Shown here: positions 32,221 to 39,111 of the stretch, piece by piece
How the letters are laid out: the number at the start of each line of letters is the position of its first letter
Numbering within the stretch: the first letter of the stretch is position 1
Source of the DNA: a virus
Taxonomy: Duplodnaviria > Caudoviricetes
Strand: one strand, 5' to 3'
Virus record (IMG/VR): IMGVR_UViG_3300009108_000026
Span: 1-39,111 of that record
DNA: 39,111 nucleotides
The notes under the pieces: model-generated
Database searches by the model: none
What the model was told of the DNA's origin: nothing
The model's input: only the letters and a program-made list of their open reading frames with translations
Translations under genes and position numbers: made by a program

Positions 32221-32625
32221 ATGAAGGGTAAACCAGGTAATCCAGCATGGCAGAAGGGTGTGAGTGGTAATCCTAAAGGTAGGCCACCATCACACTATGG
32301 TAAGTATCTAAGGGATCATCCAAGCTCACCATTAGTATTGGAGAAGATCCTGACAGCTGCACTAGACGATGATGACCCCAGGCAGAAGGAAGCCTGGAGG
32401 ATAGTCGCTAACAAGATAGCTCCTGACCTGAAGGCCCAAGAGATAACAGCAGATGTTGTTACCCATATAGGTGTGATTGCTCTCCCTGCCAAGAAGCCTG
32501 TCTCCTCCCTACCTGGTACCCCCACCCCACTTCCCTCTATAAACGCCCCCTCTAAATCAAGTCCCCAAAAAAAATTAGTTCCCCCAGTAGAAATCTCCCA
32601 GGATGAACCTCCACTTCCAGAATAG
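32221..32625 (+). CDS. terS: Terminase small subunit (DUF5681-type N-terminus)
   Basis: WQKGVSGNPKGRP; upstream of terL; Pro-rich tail. Confidence 0.7.
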   Translation: MKGKPGNPAWQKGVSGNPKGRPPSHYGKYLRDHPSSPLVLEKILTAALDDDDPRQKEAWRIVANKIAPDLKAQEITADVVTHIGVIALPAKKPVSSLPGTPTPLPSINAPSKSSPQKKLVPPVEISQDEPPLPE

Positions 32626-32669
32626 GGGTCCCAAAACGACTTTATGGTACCACACCAGGAAATATAAAA

Positions 32670-32918
32670 ATGGATCCTAATACAAAAGAAATGTTAGAAT
32701 TATATGGCAACCCAGATGAGACATTAAAAGCCAATGGTTTTGATGACTGTATTATTGGAGTAGATTATTCTGAAAGGCTTGTTTATAGCATTAATAAAAT
32801 CATTGACCAGCTAGTATCTGAGGATATGACAAGAGAGGATGCCCTGGATCATTTTGGATATAATATAGCAGGAGCATATGTAGGAGAATTCACTCCTATT
32901 TTCGTATGGACTGAATGA
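32670..32918 (+). CDS. Conserved phage hypothetical protein
   Basis: 82 aa; GFDDCIIG..VYS..EDA..F.YNI.GAYVGE.TP; RBS AGGA. Confidence 0.7.
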   Translation: MDPNTKEMLELYGNPDETLKANGFDDCIIGVDYSERLVYSINKIIDQLVSEDMTREDALDHFGYNIAGAYVGEFTPIFVWTE

Positions 32919-34288
32919 AAGAAAAGGTTATATGGCAGCCCCATCCAGGTCCTCAGACTGAGGTATTAACCAGGATGGAATCTGAGATCTTATTTGGTGG
33001 ATCCAGGGGGGGAGGAAAAACTGAGGCCATGACAGTCTGGATGGTAGAGCCTAATTATATAGCAAACCCTAGATATAGGGGATTAGTTATCAGGCGTAAT
33101 TATGATGATCTAAAAGATTGGATAGACAGGGCCAAGTTTATGTACAGATATATGGGAGTCAAGGTTACAGGCAACCCAGCCCAGTTTGAATTCCCATCAG
33201 GAGCTAAGATCTGGACTGGACATTTAAGTAATGAAGATGCCTGGACAAAATATTTAGGTCAGGAGTACCAGAAGATAGCAATAGAAGAGTTAACCCTGAT
33301 CCCTAACGAGTTAGATTATTTAAGATTAATATCATCTGCCAGGAGTACGATCCCTGGATTACCAGCCCAGGTATTTGGAACCACTAACCCTGGTGGTCCA
33401 GGACATGCCTGGGTTAAAGCCAGGTTTGTAGATGTAGCCAGGAATGAAACTCATTACGATAAGAACAGTGGTAAATCACGAATATTCATTCCCAGTAAGG
33501 TAACAGATAATCCAACAATTATGCGTGAGGATCCAGAGTATATAGAAAGTTTAAAGGCTTTACCAACAGAATTGCGTAGGGCATGGTTGGATGGTGACTG
33601 GGATATTTTCTCAGGCCAGTTTTTCCAGAAATGGAGACATGATGAGCATGTTATTGATCCTTTTGACATACCAAACGAGTGGTATAAATACAGATCCATA
33701 GATTATGGATTTGCTGCTCCATTTGCATGTGGCTGGTACGCTGTTGATTTTAAGGGTAACATATATCTTTACAGAGAGCATTATGAAGCTGGCATGGAGT
33801 TAAGCCATCACATTGACAGGATAATAGAGTTATCAGGAGATGAAAGGTACATGATGACAGTTGGAGATCCAAGTATGTGGATTCGTAACCCACAAAACAC
33901 AAACAGGTCTGATGTAGTTGCCCCAACCAACATGAGTATTGCCGACATCATGGGTAGGCATGGAATAAATGTAATTAAAGCAAACAATGAAAGAGTAAAT
34001 GGCTGGAACCTTTGTCGGCAATATTTAGATCATTCTGAAGGGACACCCCCTAGATTTAAGGTTTTTAGTACATGTAAGGAATTTGTCAGGACAATTCCCA
34101 CGCTGATCCATGATGATAAGAGGCCAGAGGATATGGATACAACTGGTGAGGATCACCATGCAGATCAGATGAGATACATGCTGCACTACATTGGTAAACC
34201 AGAAAGGGTTATACAGAGGCCTTGGCTGCAGAAGGAGTTGGATAAGTTACTGCTGGAGGAAACCAGCTATCAAGGGATAAGGGCATGA
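32915..34288 (+). CDS. terL: Terminase large subunit
   Basis: PHPGPQ, Walker A GGSRGGGKT, Walker B IAIEE, TTNPGG.GH.W, RNase-H IDYG, DH..D..RY. Confidence 0.97.
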   Translation: MKEKVIWQPHPGPQTEVLTRMESEILFGGSRGGGKTEAMTVWMVEPNYIANPRYRGLVIRRNYDDLKDWIDRAKFMYRYMGVKVTGNPAQFEFPSGAKIWTGHLSNEDAWTKYLGQEYQKIAIEELTLIPNELDYLRLISSARSTIPGLPAQVFGTTNPGGPGHAWVKARFVDVARNETHYDKNSGKSRIFIPSKVTDNPTIMREDPEYIESLKALPTELRRAWLDGDWDIFSGQFFQKWRHDEHVIDPFDIPNEWYKYRSIDYGFAAPFACGWYAVDFKGNIYLYREHYEAGMELSHHIDRIIELSGDERYMMTVGDPSMWIRNPQNTNRSDVVAPTNMSIADIMGRHGINVIKANNERVNGWNLCRQYLDHSEGTPPRFKVFSTCKEFVRTIPTLIHDDKRPEDMDTTGEDHHADQMRYMLHYIGKPERVIQRPWLQKELDKLLLEETSYQGIRA

Positions 34289-34482
34289 AACTTGAGGTGT
34301 ATAATTTTAAAAAGCATGTATGGGAGAAGGCAGACATCCCAGAAATAACAAATGTTGAAGAGGAGGAGAGGTTTATCCAGGATTTAGGTAGGTTTTCCAT
34401 GGATTACCAGGAATCGTTAATTGAGATCATAGATACTATGACATATTTAAGAAATAATGAAATTGAAATGGAGAAGGACTAA
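34285..34482 (+). CDS. Hypothetical acidic protein
   Basis: 65 aa, with overlapping stop/start at both ends. Confidence 0.6.
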   Translation: MKLEVYNFKKHVWEKADIPEITNVEEEERFIQDLGRFSMDYQESLIEIIDTMTYLRNNEIEMEKD

Positions 34483-36278
34483 TGGACAAAGATATATTAG
34501 AAAATTACAAGCCCAGTAAAGAGGAAGAGAGGGTAATCAGGCGAAGCGAGGCTATGTTTGATCTAGCCCATAAGGCCAAGGCTAACACTGTCAAGGTATG
34601 GCGAGAGGCTGAGAAGTTATACATGGGTGACCACTGGGGTGGGATGAACATGCCTAACTTTAAAAACCAGGTAACATTAGATCTAATAGCCAGTGCTATA
34701 GATACGATGGTTCCAATACTTTCCAGTAGGCCACCCAGGATAGACATTATCAATATTGGTGAGGATGATGTAAGTTACAATGCATCCCAGATATTACAGA
34801 AACAGATAGATGAACTTTGGGTTATCAGGGATATGCAGAATATGATGCCAGACTGGTTACTGGATTATTTGGTATATGGTAATGGTATTGTTAAGGTTCG
34901 ATTTGGTGAAGATGATCTCCCAGATGCAGACATAGTGGATCCATATGCTTTTTATGTTAACCCATCTGCTACTAAGATGGAGAATGCAGAGTATGTTATT
35001 TATGCTGCACCTACACCTTTATGGCAGATCAAGGAAATGTATCCTAATGGTAAATATGTAAAGTCTCAATCCCAGCTGGATAAATATGAGGCTTTAAAGA
35101 TCAATGATGTTTCAATAGGTGGTAATGAGGTTACCCAGGTAACTGACACCACTGGTGCAGAGACTAACTACTATGAATCCACATCCAGGGCCATGAAGGA
35201 TCTGGAAGAGAGGGCTTTATTGATTGAATGTTATGCCAGGGATTACACCAAGGAATATGTAGAAGATGATGAAGGGAAGAAGGAAAAACCAAAATATCCA
35301 GGTATGATGAGACAGACAACGATTTGTAATGGAGTCTTATTGTATGATGGTCCTACAAAATACCCATTCTTAACTAAGGAAAACCATGTAGCTCATCCTT
35401 TTCCCTTCATTGTTCTAAAGAATGGTGGATCAGCCCATGGATTCTGGGGTAAGCCAGAGCCAAAGAGATTGAAGCCTTTGAATTTAGGACTAGATCGTTT
35501 AACAAGTCAGATCATGGACAACACTCACTTAATGGCAAATCCAATGTGGGTCGTTGATGAAACAACTGATGTTGTAGATCAGATCTCAAACAAACCAGGA
35601 AGTGTTATTAGAAAGCGTGGCCCTGGTGCTGTAGGAATGCAGCAGCCAGCCACTATGCCAGGATATGTGTTTAACTTTTACGAAATATTGATGGATATGT
35701 TTGAAACTATCAGTGGTGTAAACAGGGCAACCCAGGGTAAGGCAGATTCTAATGTAACATCTGGTGTCCAGGCTCAGATCTACAGACAGGCATCAACAAC
35801 CAAGATTGATTTTAAGGCCAGGGCTGTTGACCAGGCTATTCAGACATTAGGAACTATGTGGATAGCAATGATCCAGAACTTAGGTACATCTGAACATGCA
35901 GTTTCTCTGGAGACTGATACAGGAATGCTTGAACAAAAATATATTGGAACCATGATGCAGGGTATGAATTTTAATGTAAGAGCAAGAGCTGGATCCATGT
36001 TACCAGAGAATAAGGAATGGATCGAGAATAAGATCATGCAGCTTATGCAGATGGGATTAGTGACAGATCCAATTTACATCCTGGAGAACATTGAACTCCC
36101 TGGGAAAGAAAAGTTAATCAGGACTGTTATGGAGCAACAATCTCAACAGATGGCTATGGATGAACCAATGTCTGACCAGGAAATGGCTGACATGGGAACC
36201 AATGAAGATGAGATTATGTCAAAACTGGAGCAGGCCCCAGATATGATGAACAGAATCCCAGAACAGTACAGATCCTAA
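34482..36278 (+). CDS. Portal protein (P22-like)
   Basis: 598 aa after terL; Y.G.HW, VYGNGIVKV, FYVNPSA, FWG, ISGVN..QG, TSG. Confidence 0.9.
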   Translation: MDKDILENYKPSKEEERVIRRSEAMFDLAHKAKANTVKVWREAEKLYMGDHWGGMNMPNFKNQVTLDLIASAIDTMVPILSSRPPRIDIINIGEDDVSYNASQILQKQIDELWVIRDMQNMMPDWLLDYLVYGNGIVKVRFGEDDLPDADIVDPYAFYVNPSATKMENAEYVIYAAPTPLWQIKEMYPNGKYVKSQSQLDKYEALKINDVSIGGNEVTQVTDTTGAETNYYESTSRAMKDLEERALLIECYARDYTKEYVEDDEGKKEKPKYPGMMRQTTICNGVLLYDGPTKYPFLTKENHVAHPFPFIVLKNGGSAHGFWGKPEPKRLKPLNLGLDRLTSQIMDNTHLMANPMWVVDETTDVVDQISNKPGSVIRKRGPGAVGMQQPATMPGYVFNFYEILMDMFETISGVNRATQGKADSNVTSGVQAQIYRQASTTKIDFKARAVDQAIQTLGTMWIAMIQNLGTSEHAVSLETDTGMLEQKYIGTMMQGMNFNVRARAGSMLPENKEWIENKIMQLMQMGLVTDPIYILENIELPGKEKLIRTVMEQQSQQMAMDEPMSDQEMADMGTNEDEIMSKLEQAPDMMNRIPEQYRS

Positions 36279-36402
36279 TAAAATTAACATATAATATTCC
36301 ATAACATAATATAATAAGGTAGAAATCATATATTTATTAATTTTTATTTGATATATTAAATTACTTCCTCATGTTCTATGCCAATATTCGGAGAATATTT
36401 AT
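36279..36402 (+). promoter_or_regulatory. AT-rich intergenic region, possible capsid-module promoter
   Basis: 124-bp very AT-rich gap with repeated taacata/tataat; RBS GGAG. Confidence 0.4.
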
Positions 36403-37272
36403 ATGTCAGAGAACATACAAGGTGGAACCTATGGCGTAGAAGTGGAAGGTTCTGTTGCAGATTCCCTAATAGTCGCAGAGGGATCTGGATCAGACTCTAC
36501 TGATACCAGTAGTAACCCCAATGGTGAAGTCGCCACCATTGCAGAAGACCAGCCTCAGGAAACTGAGCAACAGGCAGAAGCAGAAGATGCACCTTCTATT
36601 GATGAATTAGAGATTGATGGAGAAGTCTATTCATACGATGATCTTAAAACAGCACTTGAAGATTCAGGAAATCGTAATGAATGGCAGAAATCCAATACAG
36701 AAAAATCCCAGGAACTCGCTGCACTACGAAAAGAACTAGAGTCTGAGCGTAGCCAGTGGGATGCACTTAGGAAAGATGAAGACATGATGGAAACGATGAA
36801 AGACTATCTGGGTTCTGATCATGCTCTATTCAATGAAACCAAGGAAGAGCCAAGCAATGAAAATATGCAGGACACGATGGATGCTGTTGACAGGGTCCAG
36901 GAGCTTGAAGATAAGATAGATAACATAGTAGTTGCCCAACAGGCAGCTGAAGCAGTAGAGAACGACATTAACTCATTAGTGAAGAACCATCCTGAACTGG
37001 ATGGAAAAGATGAAGCAGTTCGTGAAGTTCTTATTACTGCACATGAAAAAGGTATGACCAATTTGGAAGATGCCTTTGTTCTTACTTATCACCAGGCAGC
37101 TGTAGATAGTTCATTCGCCAAGGCTGTTAAGACACTGGAAGAGGCCCAATCTCGCAAGTCAATTCCAGAGGCTGATGTCAAACACAGTGGTGAACGCTCT
37201 GTTTCAAACACGAAACCTCAGAATTTTGACGAAGCAAGGGAGATGGGTCTACAATACGATCTGTATCAATAA
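36403..37272 (+). CDS. Capsid scaffolding protein
   Basis: 289 aa, acidic coiled coil; IDGE...K.QELA..RK; lies between portal and capsid. Confidence 0.82.
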   Translation: MSENIQGGTYGVEVEGSVADSLIVAEGSGSDSTDTSSNPNGEVATIAEDQPQETEQQAEAEDAPSIDELEIDGEVYSYDDLKTALEDSGNRNEWQKSNTEKSQELAALRKELESERSQWDALRKDEDMMETMKDYLGSDHALFNETKEEPSNENMQDTMDAVDRVQELEDKIDNIVVAQQAAEAVENDINSLVKNHPELDGKDEAVREVLITAHEKGMTNLEDAFVLTYHQAAVDSSFAKAVKTLEEAQSRKSIPEADVKHSGERSVSNTKPQNFDEAREMGLQYDLYQ

Positions 37273-37292
37273 AAAACACATAAGGAGTTATT

Positions 37293-38264
37293 ATGGCTTT
37301 GTCATATGACAACCTAAGTGCTTTGACCAGGGATAAATATATCCCTCTTTTGGTCGACAATATTTTTGATTCCAATATCTTAACGCATCGAATGCTTAGA
37401 AAATCTAAAGCTGGTGCTACTGGAAACAAGGTGCTACAGCCCCTTGAATATGGTAAAGCTGATGCTAAAGGTTTTTACAGTGGATATGATGTCTTAGACA
37501 CCAGTCCCACTGAAGTATTTACAGATGCTGCTTATGATTGGGTTCAGGGCTATGCTAGCATTTCAATTTCTGGTAAAGAAGAAATGCTTAATGATGGCAA
37601 GGAACGAGTAATCGATCTATTGGAAGCCAAGGTCAAGAATGCAGAAAAATCTCTCAAGGACTTATTTGGAACAACATTATTCGGAACAAACACTGCTACA
37701 GCATCAGGCTTTCTTGGCCTGGGTGCAATAGTTGAAAGTAGTGGAAACACTATTGGTGGAATCAACAGTAGCACTTACACCTGGTGGAAAGCCCAGGAGA
37801 AGGCATCAAGCACTGCTACATACGCTAATCATGTTGATAGCACACACGCTGATTTCGTACAGAAATTAATGCGTGAAATGTATGGTAGCTGTACTGTTGA
37901 TAATGATACTCCAACGATTATTGTAACTACTCAGATAATCTTCGATGCATACGAAGAATCCCTATCAGCCCAGAAACGCTTTGGTGCCTCATCAAAGTCT
38001 CTCGCTGATGCTGGATTTCAGAATTTAATGTATCGTGGAACACCTGTTGTGGTTGATGATCATTGTCCTGCTGGAGAAATGTATTTCTTGAATGAGAAAT
38101 ATCTGCAATTCAGGCACCATCGTAAAAGGAACTTTTCTTTCCAAAACTTTCAAAAACCTGTTAACCAAGATGCTGCAGTCGCTAAGATCTTATGGCTGGG
38201 TGCTTTGACTTGTTCAAATCGCTCTCGCCAGGGAAAGATCACTGGCATGGCTACAGCTTACTAA
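37293..38264 (+). CDS. Major capsid protein
   Basis: 323 aa; LVDNIF, GFLGL..IV, IGGI...WW, GF..L.YRG.PVV.D..CP..MYFLN; RBS TAAGGAG. Confidence 0.9.
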   Translation: MALSYDNLSALTRDKYIPLLVDNIFDSNILTHRMLRKSKAGATGNKVLQPLEYGKADAKGFYSGYDVLDTSPTEVFTDAAYDWVQGYASISISGKEEMLNDGKERVIDLLEAKVKNAEKSLKDLFGTTLFGTNTATASGFLGLGAIVESSGNTIGGINSSTYTWWKAQEKASSTATYANHVDSTHADFVQKLMREMYGSCTVDNDTPTIIVTTQIIFDAYEESLSAQKRFGASSKSLADAGFQNLMYRGTPVVVDDHCPAGEMYFLNEKYLQFRHHRKRNFSFQNFQKPVNQDAAVAKILWLGALTCSNRSRQGKITGMATAY

Positions 38265-38274
38265 GGAGGCTTAA

Positions 38275-38778
38275 ATGTCTAGATTCGCTTCAATGGAATC
38301 CTGGGTTAATCCCCAGGCAATAGATTCTAATAGCACGACACAACAAGTTGCCTTAGGAACAATCATTAGGGCAGAAGATAAAGCAACCACTGCTTATGGA
38401 GTGGGAGAATTTATCTATCTAAAGGGTGTTGCTAGCACTGCTGTTGGTAGTGTAGTCACTTACTCAGCTGATGATCATACAACTGCTTTGGCAGTTGCAA
38501 ATGCTGTAGGACCTATAGCAACTGCTATGTCTGCTTGCGTTGCCTCTCAATTTGGCTGGTATCAAATCAGTGGAAAAGGCGTTGCAACAGTAGCAGATGA
38601 ATTTGCTGATAATGGTGATGTCTACTTAACTAGCACTGCTGGTGATGTAGACGATGCTGATGTAGCAGGGGACTATGTGCAGGGTATGTTAGGTGCAAGT
38701 GCAATTGGCACACCTTCTGCTGGTTTAGCTGAAATGGAAATGTCAAGACCATCAGTTGCTGATGGAAAAGATAACTGA
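38275..38778 (+). CDS. Capsid decoration / minor capsid protein
   Basis: 167 aa, Ala/Gly/Thr-rich; EFIYLKG, FGWYQISG; RBS AAGGAGG. Confidence 0.65.
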   Translation: MSRFASMESWVNPQAIDSNSTTQQVALGTIIRAEDKATTAYGVGEFIYLKGVASTAVGSVVTYSADDHTTALAVANAVGPIATAMSACVASQFGWYQISGKGVATVADEFADNGDVYLTSTAGDVDDADVAGDYVQGMLGASAIGTPSAGLAEMEMSRPSVADGKDN

Positions 38779-38808
38779 TTAACTCAGTAACCTTTTACTA
38801 GAATCAAA

Positions 38809-38844
38809 CAATTGGGTGGCTTTGATTTCAGGGCCACCCAGTTG
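38809..38844 (+). terminator. Strong hairpin after the capsid genes (terminator or mRNA stabiliser)
   Basis: caattgggtggctttga-tt-tcagggccacccagttg; 17-bp stem with G-U pairs; no U-tract on the + strand. Confidence 0.6.
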
Positions 38845-38861
38845 TAAAAAATGGAGTTTTA

Positions 38862-39111
38862 ATGACTGGTAATGAAATGCTTACCACTCTGGGATTACGA
38901 ATGGAAGATCCCCAGGAATCATCATTCACTCAGGCTACAAAGTTGGATGCTTTAAATATTGCCCAGAAGACAGTATCAACTGTTATGCATAATGCGTATT
39001 TAACTGAGCTGCAAGTTGTGGATACAAATAAAGCTATGACAAGTAATACGCTTGCATTTTCAGCACTGTCTAAAACACCTTACAGAAATGGAGTTACTGC
39101 AATCAAAGCTA
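38862..39111 (+). CDS. 5' part of the putative head-tail adaptor (continues at 120..472)
   Basis: RBS GGAG; MTGNEMLTTLGLRMEDP..F....LDALNIAQ; in frame with ORF 26..472. Confidence 0.75.
   Translation, partial: MTGNEMLTTLGLRMEDPQESSFTQATKLDALNIAQKTVSTVMHNAYLTELQVVDTNKAMTSNTLAFSALSKTPYRNGVTAIKA
38993..39111. repeat. Terminal direct repeat, copy 2
   Basis: Identical to 1-119. Confidence 0.97.

Noticed and set aside
1277-37774. Numerous short antisense ORFs in the track
   Set aside because: They shadow well-supported genes on the opposite strand and lack RBS or motifs.

Overview
This window is a complete, circularly assembled temperate phage genome with podovirus-type architecture. The unit length is 38,992 bp, and bases 1-119 repeat at 38993-39111. 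Late module: terS, terL, portal, scaffold, major capsid, decoration, adaptor, nozzle and tail proteins, ejection proteins, a 3351-aa large polyvalent internal protein, a GNVGIGT-repeat tail fibre, basic proteins, four small membrane proteins and a lysozyme-like endolysin. Early module: attP (3' half of tRNA-Ser GGA), XRE repressor, Xis/Cro-like HTH, SEC-C protein, three PD-(D/E)xK nucleases, SSB, an initiator with an internal iteron origin, RusA, an RHH protein and a tyrosine integrase. Most notable observations: (1) a second, inverted att-like site (core plus arm repeats) 8.2 kb from attP, directly in front of terS, paired with an integrase that has an IntDOT-like rearranged active site, suggesting an invertible early module or integrase-gated late genes; (2) the giant protein is built from effector cassettes separated by seven (F/H)Q(A/V)(K/R)(K/R/H) linkers, two of them near-identical DNA repeats; (3) a small gene with its own promoter-like sequence and RBS is nested in the +1 frame of that giant gene. 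All family calls come from motif recognition by eye; no database searches were run.
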